A stretch of 64,000 nucleotides of DNA from a virus: positions 1 to 64,000 of the IMG/VR virus record IMGVR_UViG_3300027659_000027; one strand, written 5' to 3'. Below the pieces are notes generated by a model, which searched no databases, was not told the DNA's origin, and saw only the letters and a list, made by a program, of their open reading frames with translations. Within the stretch, counting starts at the first letter, position 1. Each line of letters begins with the position of its first letter. Of the stretch, positions 46,212 through 56,605 are shown in pieces. The translations under genes and the position numbers were made by a program.

Positions 46212-48506
46212 TTAGTTTTGCTTTTTGGATTCTTTGTAAAATTCTCCTGTCTCTACCGCATTCTTAAACAAGTGCCCTACTTTTCCAGGGTCACCACTTT
46301 GTAGTGGCACTCCTTTGTAGTTTATCACATTTCCTGACTCATCCCACAATGCAAACGTACCTTGATTGCTTTGATAGAATTTTACCGGTTCAGGCCCTTT
46401 TCCTCTGTAGTCAAGCATAAGTGGAGTACCGTAGTAATCGCTTGTTACCAACTCCGGTTTGCTTGCTCCTAACAACATGTTAGTGCCGGAACGTGGGTCA
46501 AGATCTGCTCCTGCCTGTTGCAGTCCTGGTGTAGCTGTATTGTTCTTGGCTATATCTGCACTCATACTTTCAGCCAGTCCAGAACCAGCAAGGCTTACCT
46601 GCAATGTTTTCAGGTAGTTTCCATCCTTATCTTTGTACACAACAGTAGACCTTTGAGTCTGGCCATTGTATCCTGTAACCTCAGACTTATCCTTGTCCCA
46701 ACCCTCAGGCGCGTCTTCTTTAGTTAATGTACCAACTGCGTAGTTCGTGCGACCTTCAAGTGAGTTCTTAACAGATTTTATCTCATTATCTTTTAAAGTT
46801 ATCCTTGTACCAGCAAGTGTTTGTGGCATGTCTTCCAAAGCAGAGGCAATCTTTAGTGCTTTTGCTGTAACTGTATTAGCCGCAAAGCTTGGAGTAGCCA
46901 TCACATCGTCCAACGTGTTGCTGTATGCCGCACCCCCAGATGCTGCAGCGCCCGCTGAGGAGGAATTTTTCATTATACCTGGAATAAGTATAAGTCCTTT
47001 ACCTGGTACATAAAATTGCCTTCCACCGTATTTAGTACTTTTTACTGAACCACTTAATAAAGCCATGGCAATTTCTTCGTGGGTTATCTGCTGCCCTCCT
47101 TTTGTGGCTAAGCCGTTCGGATAAGCTTTTTTGACCTCAACAATAGCTTTAGGCATTTCTGTAGCTGTCAGGCTTGCAAAAGTGGTATTAACATTTCCAG
47201 TTACTTGCTGAGCTGCAAGGTTCCTACGATTGACTAATATGTTCTCCATTTCGCTTTTCACTTTCTTATTCGCGTTGTTTGTAGCTATCAACTCGTTCTT
47301 TTTTGTGTTTAACTGCCCTTTGGCATCGCCAGTAGCTGTTTCAAGGCTTTTGTTGATTACAGCAATTTCTTTATCTGTTGAGGTTATAGCGGCATTAGCT
47401 TTAGTTATTTCATTGCTCACTCCTCCTTCTGTTTTAGCCCATCCTTCCATTTCTGTAGTTTGGTCCGGAGATGTCAGTCGTATAGTGTTTGTAGCAGCAG
47501 CAGTAGCAGCTTCCTGTACTCCGTAGGCATTGGCACTAACGTCTTTTGTTGAGGTACGATCGTTTTGGCGGAACTTACCTACTGCCAGGTCATCCATTAT
47601 TCCTCTCATCTCTGTCTCTTTCAGTGATGCGCCAACTCTCTCTACTGCATCTCTCAATGGTATACCTGATGCAACCAGTGCGTCTATGTCTTCTTTTGTT
47701 TTATTGGGGATTACATTACCCTTAGCGTCCTTCACTGTCTCCGGAAGTTTGCTGTACAGGCTCTTAGCCATCTTACCGCTCTGCCATCCGGATAACTCTC
47801 CCTCCTGCTTGATGTAAGCTTGTACATCTGCGTCAAGAGCAGAGGCGTTACGGATTATACCTTTTATCCTCTCTGGATCCAGTACTGTGGAGCTGCTACC
47901 GTTCTTAACAATCCACTGTCCGCCTATCTGTACAATCTCCTCACCGGTCTTAAGTGGTATAGCACCCTTCACCCACTCTTCGATCTTCTTGGGCATGTCT
48001 ACCTGCTTAGCTGCAGTAACTCCTGTATAGGTACCATCAAGCTCTCCTGTTATAGGGTTTGTGTACACACCTTTACCATACCTCTGATCATCGTCATCAG
48101 ACTTTGCTAACAACAATGATTGCTTTTCTGGTGTAAGATCCTTCAAAGTGGCTGCATAAGCAGTTCTATTCTCTGCACGTTTTGCAAGAGGTCTCAACCC
48201 CATGGCTGTTTTCTGAGCAACCTTTCTTGTAAGGACTACCATGTTCTCATAGTCGGGCCTCTTGGTTATCTCAGCAATGTCAGTGTCAGCTTGTGTCATA
48301 ACAGATTTGTACGCTTCCTGATCACTCTTAAGGTGAAGAACAGGTGCTATCTTGCGCTTGTAATTAGTCTCCTCAACAGTTGACAGAGCTGTGTTGTACT
48401 TGACATCCAAATCCTCTTTCATGTACTTAAGGTCAGGAATGACTGAACCCGCAAATTCAGGTATGCGGGTAGAGTTGGATTGCCGGTAGTTATCGTAAAG
48501 TCCCAT
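46212..48506 (-). CDS. Ejection/cargo protein (764 aa)
   Basis: Position in the cargo block; helical, no Cys. Confidence 0.65.
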   Translation of the reverse strand: MGLYDNYRQSNSTRIPEFAGSVIPDLKYMKEDLDVKYNTALSTVEETNYKRKIAPVLHLKSDQEAYKSVMTQADTDIAEITKRPDYENMVVLTRKVAQKTAMGLRPLAKRAENRTAYAATLKDLTPEKQSLLLAKSDDDDQRYGKGVYTNPITGELDGTYTGVTAAKQVDMPKKIEEWVKGAIPLKTGEEIVQIGGQWIVKNGSSSTVLDPERIKGIIRNASALDADVQAYIKQEGELSGWQSGKMAKSLYSKLPETVKDAKGNVIPNKTKEDIDALVASGIPLRDAVERVGASLKETEMRGIMDDLAVGKFRQNDRTSTKDVSANAYGVQEAATAAATNTIRLTSPDQTTEMEGWAKTEGGVSNEITKANAAITSTDKEIAVINKSLETATGDAKGQLNTKKNELIATNNANKKVKSEMENILVNRRNLAAQQVTGNVNTTFASLTATEMPKAIVEVKKAYPNGLATKGGQQITHEEIAMALLSGSVKSTKYGGRQFYVPGKGLILIPGIMKNSSSAGAAASGGAAYSNTLDDVMATPSFAANTVTAKALKIASALEDMPQTLAGTRITLKDNEIKSVKNSLEGRTNYAVGTLTKEDAPEGWDKDKSEVTGYNGQTQRSTVVYKDKDGNYLKTLQVSLAGSGLAESMSADIAKNNTATPGLQQAGADLDPRSGTNMLLGASKPELVTSDYYGTPLMLDYRGKGPEPVKFYQSNQGTFALWDESGNVINYKGVPLQSGDPGKVGHLFKNAVETGEFYKESKKQN

Positions 48507-48526
48507 AGGTGGTATTGGTTTATTGG

Positions 48527-49552
48527 TTATCCCATCACTGGGTACATCTTCTTAGAATTGAATCTCTTTATCAGTCCACCTTTGGCGAACTTAGTTCGTG
48601 GTCTTCCAGCAGCGTCATCCTCAGCCCACTGATTCATCTTGCGTGTAAGTGCAAGGTTTGTATCAGTGCCTAAAAGTATCTTTGTCTTATACGCCTCAAG
48701 ATCCAGCTGCTTTTTGTAGTTCTGCATGCCCACGTACTTATCTCCAGCATTGGCAATGTTAGCAGAAGAGTTGTTCATCTGAGCAATCTTGCGCTCAATA
48801 CCCTTGTCATCGAATGCATCCAGCTTGTTGTTGTTGCCGGCTGCAATTGCTGCGTTGGTCTTAATGCTCTCATTGGTGATTAGTACATTACCATTACGCT
48901 CCGCCTGATTAACTGAAGACAACTGATTGAACCTGGTGGCCAGGTTGGATTGGGTTACGGCTTCCGCTGTGTTCTCATCCATGCGGGCATAAGCGTTAGC
49001 GTTAGAGCCACGTATCCCACGCTCCACCATGTACCTGTCGTTATCCATATTGAGCTTACTCAGTACTATCGGCGCGTCAAGGTGAGGAGCCTTAGGGTTA
49101 GGTAATCTCTGCATTGAGTTGGCTACGTTACTCAGGTAGGGTGCTGCTGAGTCTACCTTTTTCAATATGGCGTTCAGCTTCTCTTCTCTTTCCTTTCTTA
49201 CTATAGCCTTGTAATCTATACCAGCTGCAGGTGCCTTCTTTGGTCTTGGTGACAGGGTAGTAGAGTCAAGCCCGGCAATAACCGGCTTTGCTGTACCAGT
49301 GACCCTTGCAGGGCCTGTAATTGTAGAGTTTAGTGATAGTTTAGATAAAGGAGTCTTAACTACACTACTTGCCGGTACCACTTTGGTACTTTTCCATGAC
49401 GTGGCTATACTGTTAGCGGTAGCCGTAAAAGGTTTAACAGCAGCTTTCTTCTCAAGCCCGCTCAGTACTTTTGCACTTTTACTTAACCTTGCTGCCTTCT
49501 GCGCCGGAGTTTCTACTACGGGTTTCTTTGGTACTTTATCGTATGTTGCCAT
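48527..49552 (-). CDS. Cargo protein (basic N-terminus, helical, C-terminal FAKGG motif)
   Basis: Position in the cargo block; TKFAKGGLIK near the C-terminus. Confidence 0.6.
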   Translation of the reverse strand: MATYDKVPKKPVVETPAQKAARLSKSAKVLSGLEKKAAVKPFTATANSIATSWKSTKVVPASSVVKTPLSKLSLNSTITGPARVTGTAKPVIAGLDSTTLSPRPKKAPAAGIDYKAIVRKEREEKLNAILKKVDSAAPYLSNVANSMQRLPNPKAPHLDAPIVLSKLNMDNDRYMVERGIRGSNANAYARMDENTAEAVTQSNLATRFNQLSSVNQAERNGNVLITNESIKTNAAIAAGNNNKLDAFDDKGIERKIAQMNNSSANIANAGDKYVGMQNYKKQLDLEAYKTKILLGTDTNLALTRKMNQWAEDDAAGRPRTKFAKGGLIKRFNSKKMYPVMG

Positions 49553-49570
49553 GTGTGTGTGGTTTAGTGG

Positions 49571-51127
49571 TTATTTAATGCCCATCTTCTTTTTGAAGTA
49601 CTCCTGCTGCATGGCGAGGTTGTTCTCCTTCTGCTCCAGTATCTTAAGGGCGTTGATGCGCTCACGGGTTGCAGGCTTCTGCTCTATCTTACCCTTGGCC
49701 ACCATCAGCGGCTTGTGTGCCTGAGCAAATCCCAACTGAGCCGAGTATACGAAGTTGTCCTTGATGGTCTCCTTACCCTCTACCTCTGCTCCTGCTATCT
49801 TCACCCCGCCTTGTGAGTGTGAGTTGCCTTTTACCTCCACACCATCAGAGGACTTGGCAACCAGGGATCCACCTGGCTTTGCACCCGGTGCCTGTGTACC
49901 CTTGTACCCTGCTCGGATGTCACCCCCATTTGCTTTCTCCATTCCGAAGTTGTTCGTTAGGTCTGAAGAGGTGCCTATCAGGTCAACCGCTTGTACCATC
50001 GCTGCTTTTTCGGCAGCAGTCCTTGCAACTCTCTTTCCGCCAGCTTTTAAGAGCGCCTTAACTTTGGTGGCTCCTGGTAAAGGCAGAGCTCCCACAAGGT
50101 TAAGGTTGCCATTTAGATTATCCCCTTTAGAGTAGGCATCGTAAGCATCAACTGCACCCATAGAGGAGTTTAATGCCATCGCTGGATACCTGACAAATGG
50201 GAGAGGGACAAACTGCGCTGCAGCGGTAACTTTCTTGGCTCCGTTCCATAGTTCGTTCCCCCTTTCTTTAGCCCTGCTATCACTTTGTATGCTCCTTCTG
50301 TCCACATTACCACTATTAACTTTAGCTGCTGTTATTTCTTTCATCGTGTCCGGCTCTCTTCTCGTAGCCTTGACGCGGTTATCAAATTTAGGCATTGGTC
50401 GAAGGTTGTCCTGCGCTTGTGGCTTTATAGGCCCGCCCATAGCAGCTACCGGTAAAGGAACCTTAAGTGGGTTAGGCGCTACTGAGAAATGCTGGAATTC
50501 GCTTCTGTATACATTGCTGCTCGGGTTGTTGTTCTTCATGTACTCAGCCATCGTTTTGATGGACTGGTTGATCGTCGGAGCGTCAATTGACTTACCGTCC
50601 ATAACCACGCCATTGTATTTATTGTAGTTGTTGGTTATCTGTTTGCTTCTGTCACGCTTTCGAGGTGGCACATCGAGTACACCACCATTGGAAAAGTATG
50701 AACCCTGAAGGTTGCCGGTCAGCATGCTTGGATTGTTTGCTATTTGAGCAAGTCCCATATTGTCTCTTCTCTTCTCGCGTTGTTTATCCCGGTTTGCGAT
50801 CTTACGGGTTTCGTTTCTTTTCCCGGTAACACCAATTACTGCTCCGGCTCCGGCTCCGACTACCGCACCAATAGCTGTACCCCATCCTGGTACCACTGAT
50901 CCTACTGACGCTCCGAGTGCTCCATACTTTAGCATACTTCCGCCAACGGTTGCTGCTTTCTTCACTTCATCGTTTATTTCACCTACTCCATTGTTAGCCT
51001 GAGCAGATCCGGCAATGGAGCCAATGGCCCCTATACCTGCTGACAGCAAAGCTCCGCCCGCGAAGTACTTCTTAGCATTGCGGTTTTTCTTCCTGTTGTA
51101 TGCGTCTGTAAGTGCTGGTGTAGTCAT
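49571..51127 (-). CDS. Cargo protein with glycine-zipper helices and repeated xxxGG motifs
   Basis: YFAGG, FSNGG, AAMGG, KANGG; GALGASVGSVVPGWGTAIGAVVGAGAG; GNSHSQGGV..EVEGKE..FVYS segment typical of crAss cargo. Confidence 0.7.
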   Translation of the reverse strand: MTTPALTDAYNRKKNRNAKKYFAGGALLSAGIGAIGSIAGSAQANNGVGEINDEVKKAATVGGSMLKYGALGASVGSVVPGWGTAIGAVVGAGAGAVIGVTGKRNETRKIANRDKQREKRRDNMGLAQIANNPSMLTGNLQGSYFSNGGVLDVPPRKRDRSKQITNNYNKYNGVVMDGKSIDAPTINQSIKTMAEYMKNNNPSSNVYRSEFQHFSVAPNPLKVPLPVAAMGGPIKPQAQDNLRPMPKFDNRVKATRREPDTMKEITAAKVNSGNVDRRSIQSDSRAKERGNELWNGAKKVTAAAQFVPLPFVRYPAMALNSSMGAVDAYDAYSKGDNLNGNLNLVGALPLPGATKVKALLKAGGKRVARTAAEKAAMVQAVDLIGTSSDLTNNFGMEKANGGDIRAGYKGTQAPGAKPGGSLVAKSSDGVEVKGNSHSQGGVKIAGAEVEGKETIKDNFVYSAQLGFAQAHKPLMVAKGKIEQKPATRERINALKILEQKENNLAMQQEYFKKKMGIK

Positions 51128-51894
51128 TATCTATTTGATTTAAGTGCTTGAATGTTGGTCTGGTGTATCACCATTTGCTTTCCTGACTTGTTGTCGAACT
51201 CGAACCTTATTACGAAGTACTTGTCTTCCATCAGCTCCTTTTCGTACCAAGCTTTATCCACCTGTACTCCGGGTACTAAGGCGTAGTCCTTGAATATATC
51301 CTGCAAGAACTGAATGCCACGGTCTGCCAGAACATTGCGGAAGTCGTTGAACGACCACTCCCCTTTGGTTCTGCGATCTGTCTTGTACTTAGTTGGGTCA
51401 AGTACATCAGCAAGAGCTACTCTGCCACTGTGCTGCTGTGAATTCCAAACGCTTATGTGTGTAAGTGTTTGCCATTCCTGCTCTACATTGGCGTTGTCCT
51501 CTCTGCTGTTTATGACCTCTGTTATCCAGTTCACGGTCTCCAGCAACAGATCGCTATCTGAGCGGAATACTACGTCTATGAAGAAGGGTTTAGGATCCTC
51601 GTTGTAGTAAACACCCGGTACACCGTCGTTATGTTTGTACACTTGCTTATTCTTTACGCTCCACAGTTTCTCCCTGGTATGGAAGTAGAAGTCCGGTATG
51701 TAGTCATGGAAGAAAACCCAGTTATCTCCCTCAACACTGTAAGAGAGCGTGAACGAAGTGTCCTCCAGTCCTGCAAAGTCATGGAACTCATGAGCTACTT
51801 CTTCTTTGTCGTCGATAATGTAATGACAGGAGGAATCATCCTCGGTCGCTAAGGGGTTGTAGTCGATCGCATTAAGGTTGGTACATCCTGTCAT
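51127..51894 (-). CDS. Tail stabilisation (muzzle) protein C-terminal part, encoded as a separate ORF
   Basis: FTLSYS...WVFFHDYIPDFY, WNSQQHSG, EWSFNDFR, DKYFVIRF; N-terminal GCTNLNAIDYNPLATEDDSSCHY module. Confidence 0.7.
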   Translation of the reverse strand: MTGCTNLNAIDYNPLATEDDSSCHYIIDDKEEVAHEFHDFAGLEDTSFTLSYSVEGDNWVFFHDYIPDFYFHTREKLWSVKNKQVYKHNDGVPGVYYNEDPKPFFIDVVFRSDSDLLLETVNWITEVINSREDNANVEQEWQTLTHISVWNSQQHSGRVALADVLDPTKYKTDRRTKGEWSFNDFRNVLADRGIQFLQDIFKDYALVPGVQVDKAWYEKELMEDKYFVIRFEFDNKSGKQMVIHQTNIQALKSNR

Positions 51895-51980
51895 AGTGGT
51901 AAAATTATCCGATTAGGGCCGGCTTTCTGGCTGCATCCTCAGCTCTGTATGTTTACAATATGGAGTTATGCTCCCTACGT

Positions 51981-54900
51981 TTATACGCCATCGTACACGA
52001 TATACCTGTTCTTCCACAGCACCACATCTCCTACCGTCAACCCATCGAAGAACTCCTGTGTGTCCTCAAATACTTTCACTACCGTTCCCTCTGGTGGGGT
52101 TTTACGCTTAACAGTTAACAATATGCGCTTAAACTTCTGGTCCCAACCAAGGGTTATGCCGTTACCTGTGAACGGGTTTATTCCTGGTACATTTAAGAAC
52201 TTAGACAGGAACCGGTTCAACCCGGAGTTCATGGTCTTCAGTCCATTCTTGTATATGAACATTTCTCCTTGCTTAGCATCTATGAACACATAGCCAACCG
52301 GTGTAAGTATGCATGCAAGTTCGTGTTGAGTTCCCGCATACCCGAGCTTAGCAGCCAGTGCTTCCTGAGGCTCGAACTGGAATATGTCTCCAGTGCCGAG
52401 TGTTACACCCAGTAGCCCGCTATCAAGCTTGGCTTTATCTTGTGTGAGGAACAGCGCGTTCTCGTGGTGTATAAGCAGCTTGTCGTCCATACCCACCAGG
52501 TGGAGTATACGCCCCATGTTCTTTTGAGCTTCGTAGTAATCCAGCGGAAGGAAAGTTCTCCACGACCGTGTCTTACTTTGACGGCTAACCTTACCACCAC
52601 GATGTATCCGGAATGGCGCCTTGTACAACAGCTCCTTGAAAGGAGAAAATATGGTAGAGGATATTAAGTCGTTCAGTGCGTTGAGATCGTTTGAGTAACC
52701 GAACTGGTTAGGGTCAAAGTTCCTGTCAAAGTCTATGATGTACGAGTTGCCCGGCCCCCACGATACGCCTGTTTTAGGGTACCACTTTGAGTAGATGTTG
52801 CCTGGTACTTCATACCTCAGGTGTATGTTGGCTACTGCCTCACATACAAACCTGCGTATTACCTTCTTTCCTTTATAGCCTTCAAGATTGTCCCACTGAT
52901 CAGCACTGTGTCGTCCGTAGGTGTGGAAGGTGTAGTCACATATAAAGGCATCTCCGCCCCAGTTCGGGGAGAAGTCATTCAGCGGTTTCACTAAGCCTGA
53001 CCTTATTAGGGTCTGGCTCATAAAGCTGTTGTATACTTCACTTTTCAACCCTTTAAGGTTTATCAGGTACGTGGTCTCACTTGTAGGGGTGTACTGAGCC
53101 TCCGTTTCATTGTACCAGGTCGGGTGCCGGTATGAGTACATAAAAAACTCCGTGGACGGTATAAGTGCCGGGCCATCAATCTTACCCACATAGGCTGTCT
53201 CTGCGTTATTCTGTTGGAATGTCCCTATACTGACACCATTGGGTGCGTAAGAGTCTATAGAAAGCTTACGTAGCTTTTTACCAGCTGCTGGTACTGTTGG
53301 CACCACTGCTTCACTGAGTATCGTGTAATCCACCAAACTTACCTGAGGTTGTGCCTGAGCACCAGCGAGCAAGTAATGGTTTCTAAGCTTTGTTGCTTTA
53401 AGCAGCAGTTGTGTCGACATATAGTCCACATTCACGCCAGGCCTTGAAAACAGCATATCGAATGGGTGGCATCTTAAGCTGTCGTTACGAATACGTAAGT
53501 CATTTTTGTCATCGTACTTGTTATTGCCATTGTGTACAACCTCTGAGTGCCAGTTACCACCAGTAGTGTATATAGAGGTAGACCCTGTTGGAGTACCTTG
53601 GTTCAACATGCTTACACACCCGTGCAGCATTAAGCCTTGCCCGAACACAGATACGTTTGCTATCGTTCTCTTTGCGTACAAGATCTCATATCCGGTTATC
53701 ACGTTATTGTACTTTGCAGGTATGGTTATGTTCGCTGCTATTACGCCAAGTACATCAAGCTTGGTACGACCGTAGTCTTGCTCGGTAGACCACAGGTTTG
53801 TCTTACACCAGTTAAGGGAAGGCATCTTATGGTGAAGTACTTTAGCTCCTCTGAGATCTCTACCACCAAGAGAGGTGGAGTCAAAGTCATCGGTTAGCGG
53901 GTATGTCTCCGTAGAATTCACCCATGGCCCCAGAGTCCCTGTTTTTGCGACCGAGTCGTGAGCCACTATAATGTCCTCCACTTTAAACTTCGGAGCAGCC
54001 AGCATGCCCGTGGCAGCCTCTGAGGATGCAACCTCCCACAATGGGTTCATGTCCATGCCAGGTATCACAAAAGATTTGGTCATCCCTCCTTTACGTAACC
54101 GGTACCTGATGTAGAACGCATATATTTCCTCGTGCATGAAAGTCTTCTTTTCCCCTGAGGTATGTTCAACTGATGCTCCTACTCCGTTCATCAGCTCACT
54201 TTTCCACGTCAATGTAACGAGGTTGGCGTACGGCTGCATATCATTTATTTCAGGCTCACGTTCGAGCTCAGCTATATATAGAGTGTCGTTAAGCTGTCCC
54301 ATTGTGCCTATATGGCTGTATATAGCTGGGGGTATAAGTACCTCTTCCAGGGAAAGCGGTTGCGTCTGGTTGTCCCCTGTGTACAGAGCTACGGCCATCC
54401 CACCTGTTATGGGAATGGGTACTTCTTCAAGCTCTATTGCACTTGTAACTCCAAGTACCTTACTCACCACTGCTATCGTTACCTTGTCGTAAGACTGATC
54501 ACAATTCTTCACAGTAATCTCAAGTGCACCGTTGCTTATCAATCCTATACCATCCCCACTCACTGCTTTACCTAAAGTAAGCGGAGAGTATGGCGTTTCT
54601 GTACCATCGTTACGTACATACTTTGTAGCTACATAATAAGTACCCTGCGGAAGCCTGCCACCGGTAGTAACCATAGTGGTTATGTCCGGAGCTACGTAGA
54701 AAGGAAAAAGGTTCCAATCATCCAAGTCTTGTACATCAAGGTTGTCGGCATTGAAGAACTTCGGGAACTCGAACTTATCAGTGAAAGCACAAACCACTTC
54801 TGATTTGTAGTTCCTCTGAGCCTGCCCGATTATCCAGTTGTAGGTTTTATGCCCAAGCTTGTACGGTTTGCTCGAGTCGTCAAATATAGGTTCGTACTGT

Positions 54901-55160
54901 TCTGTCACCGGGTTAAAGTACCCAATGGCCGTGTTCACGTTATCAGTGGAGAATACAATTGGCTTATCATCAGTTTCTATGATGCCATTAAATTGGTAGG
55001 GTACAGTAGCAGCCATCTTGCGAAACCCTTCTTCGTTTATCACAGCTCCTTTGATATTGTACTGGATACCGTTTTTACCAAAGGGGTAAGTACCCTCAGG
55101 CTGCTGAAGTTGTCTTACATCCATTACTAATCCTTTGATCGGGTTCTGTGCAGCTGCCAT
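51981..55160 (-). CDS. Tail stabilisation (muzzle) protein, N-terminal part
   Basis: Beta-propeller-like; GGRLPQGTYY, KTFMHEEIYAFYI, GGDAFI, SWRTFLPLDYYE, LGTGDIF, GYAGTQH. Confidence 0.8.
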   Translation of the reverse strand: MAAAQNPIKGLVMDVRQLQQPEGTYPFGKNGIQYNIKGAVINEEGFRKMAATVPYQFNGIIETDDKPIVFSTDNVNTAIGYFNPVTEQYEPIFDDSSKPYKLGHKTYNWIIGQAQRNYKSEVVCAFTDKFEFPKFFNADNLDVQDLDDWNLFPFYVAPDITTMVTTGGRLPQGTYYVATKYVRNDGTETPYSPLTLGKAVSGDGIGLISNGALEITVKNCDQSYDKVTIAVVSKVLGVTSAIELEEVPIPITGGMAVALYTGDNQTQPLSLEEVLIPPAIYSHIGTMGQLNDTLYIAELEREPEINDMQPYANLVTLTWKSELMNGVGASVEHTSGEKKTFMHEEIYAFYIRYRLRKGGMTKSFVIPGMDMNPLWEVASSEAATGMLAAPKFKVEDIIVAHDSVAKTGTLGPWVNSTETYPLTDDFDSTSLGGRDLRGAKVLHHKMPSLNWCKTNLWSTEQDYGRTKLDVLGVIAANITIPAKYNNVITGYEILYAKRTIANVSVFGQGLMLHGCVSMLNQGTPTGSTSIYTTGGNWHSEVVHNGNNKYDDKNDLRIRNDSLRCHPFDMLFSRPGVNVDYMSTQLLLKATKLRNHYLLAGAQAQPQVSLVDYTILSEAVVPTVPAAGKKLRKLSIDSYAPNGVSIGTFQQNNAETAYVGKIDGPALIPSTEFFMYSYRHPTWYNETEAQYTPTSETTYLINLKGLKSEVYNSFMSQTLIRSGLVKPLNDFSPNWGGDAFICDYTFHTYGRHSADQWDNLEGYKGKKVIRRFVCEAVANIHLRYEVPGNIYSKWYPKTGVSWGPGNSYIIDFDRNFDPNQFGYSNDLNALNDLISSTIFSPFKELLYKAPFRIHRGGKVSRQSKTRSWRTFLPLDYYEAQKNMGRILHLVGMDDKLLIHHENALFLTQDKAKLDSGLLGVTLGTGDIFQFEPQEALAAKLGYAGTQHELACILTPVGYVFIDAKQGEMFIYKNGLKTMNSGLNRFLSKFLNVPGINPFTGNGITLGWDQKFKRILLTVKRKTPPEGTVVKVFEDTQEFFDGLTVGDVVLWKNRYIVYDGV

Positions 55161-55172
55161 AGTGGTGGTTTA

Positions 55173-55964
55173 TTAGTTATAGTTACCTTCCCCGCTATCT
55201 ACACGAAAGAAGTTCTCGAAGTAATTCTCTGGTGGCATTAGCCTGGTCATGGTGTTTACCTTGTGCTCCATTGAGTCAACGGAAGGGTAAGTGATAGCGC
55301 TCACGGCTCTGGCTGCATGTACCTCGAAGCGGCGCATAAGCTCGCCTTCAGCAAACACAGTGTCCCGGTAACCGGCTCCGCCCATCATGGCTCTTACATA
55401 GTAGTACAATGCCTGCTTGTAATCCTCGTTGTCGGGGATCAATGGCATACCTTCACTGTCTACCGGCATAGCCCTGTAATGCACTCGAACTTCGCCATCG
55501 GAGAATGAGGTACCAATGGCACCCATCTCAACCTGATAGTAAGCGCTTGGGTGTTGTGGAAGTCTGCAAGCAGTGTCTACATCTTCAGAGAATGATGCGT
55601 TCCATATTGTGTTGGCGTTCACACTAAGGCCAGTCTCCACAGTACTTACCGGAGCCAGCTCAACTACAGTTTCGCTGTTCAGTGAATGTCCGGTGCGTAT
55701 ATCCTTTACCGAGTTTCCTTCTCTCAGTCTGCTACCGCAGTACTCTACAGCCTTTATGTGGTCAAGCTCACAGGGCAGTAACCCTTTGTGGAAGTTTATC
55801 GTGATGTCCTTGTACTTATTAGTAAGCACGAACTTTGTCTTCATATACCCCATGGCTTCAGGTATCCACTCAGGCATGTCAAACAGATAGGATGTATCCT
55901 GTACCCTTGTGTTCCGTATTACCCTGGAAATTACACTATTGATAGATACTGACTGGTATATCAT
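55173..55964 (-). CDS. Tail tubular/ring protein
   Basis: EWIPEAM, HKGLLPCEL, TSFSDGEVRVHYRAMPVDSEGMPLIPD; position before the muzzle gene. Confidence 0.78.
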   Translation of the reverse strand: MIYQSVSINSVISRVIRNTRVQDTSYLFDMPEWIPEAMGYMKTKFVLTNKYKDITINFHKGLLPCELDHIKAVEYCGSRLREGNSVKDIRTGHSLNSETVVELAPVSTVETGLSVNANTIWNASFSEDVDTACRLPQHPSAYYQVEMGAIGTSFSDGEVRVHYRAMPVDSEGMPLIPDNEDYKQALYYYVRAMMGGAGYRDTVFAEGELMRRFEVHAARAVSAITYPSVDSMEHKVNTMTRLMPPENYFENFFRVDSGEGNYN

Positions 55965-56604
55965 GAGCTGGTAGTTTTAAGTTGTGGATCTTGGTGTCTT
56001 CTGTTAATGCATCTTTTCTGGCCTTAACCAGCGGGTAATACAGGTACCTGTACTTAAGCAGCATGTTCTTTTTAAGAGATCCTGCGAACTCTTGCTTAAA
56101 CCCGGTACCTCCTTTGTTGTCTTCCGTTGGTGCGTACTCGTATACAGTCTCGTTACGTACCCTGCCGGTCTTGTGTAAACCTATGCGACAGTAGTCGTCA
56201 TCGGTAAAGTAGATCAGGCGCTTAGGTACAAGCTTACCAGTCTTTTCGCTAACCACTTTTGGCTGAAGTGCAGTACGTCCCCAGTTAACCTGCTTGTTGC
56301 TGTGGTCGCGTTCTACACGCCTTGCACACACTTTGCCTACATGGTTTAACAGGTTCACCGCCTCTCCGTTTATTACTGCAGCTTTCGCTGCCAGGAAGAA
56401 CTCGTCAAGTATCTGACGGAACTTTTCGTAGCTGAACAGCTCTTCTATTACAAGCTTATCTCCCATCTGTACCTTGCGGAATATAATGGCGTTGGCCAGC
56501 TTGTTGTGGGACTTACCCCACCAGTCGGGATTAAGGGCCAGCAATTGCATCGAGTACTTTTTCCAAGCATCCTTAGCATGCAACATCTTCGGTGTTGAAA
56601 TCAT
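55936..56604 (-). CDS. IHF/HU-like protein of the crAss structural block
   Basis: YEKFRQILDEF...INGEAVNL..VGKV...VNWGRT...IYFTDD; conserved position. Confidence 0.65.
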   Translation of the reverse strand: MISTPKMLHAKDAWKKYSMQLLALNPDWWGKSHNKLANAIIFRKVQMGDKLVIEELFSYEKFRQILDEFFLAAKAAVINGEAVNLLNHVGKVCARRVERDHSNKQVNWGRTALQPKVVSEKTGKLVPKRLIYFTDDDYCRIGLHKTGRVRNETVYEYAPTEDNKGGTGFKQEFAGSLKKNMLLKYRYLYYPLVKARKDALTEDTKIHNLKLPAHDIPVSIYQ

Positions 56605-56605
56605 A

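Noticed and set aside
28155-51002. Many 60-210-aa + strand ORFs opposite the vRNAP and cargo genes
   Set aside because: Ser/Leu/Phe-rich antisense frames expected from codon bias of the real - strand genes
51895-51980. Self-splicing intron or readthrough joining the two muzzle ORFs
   Set aside because: Only 86 nt, no group I/II features, and an in-frame TAA upstream of the second ATG
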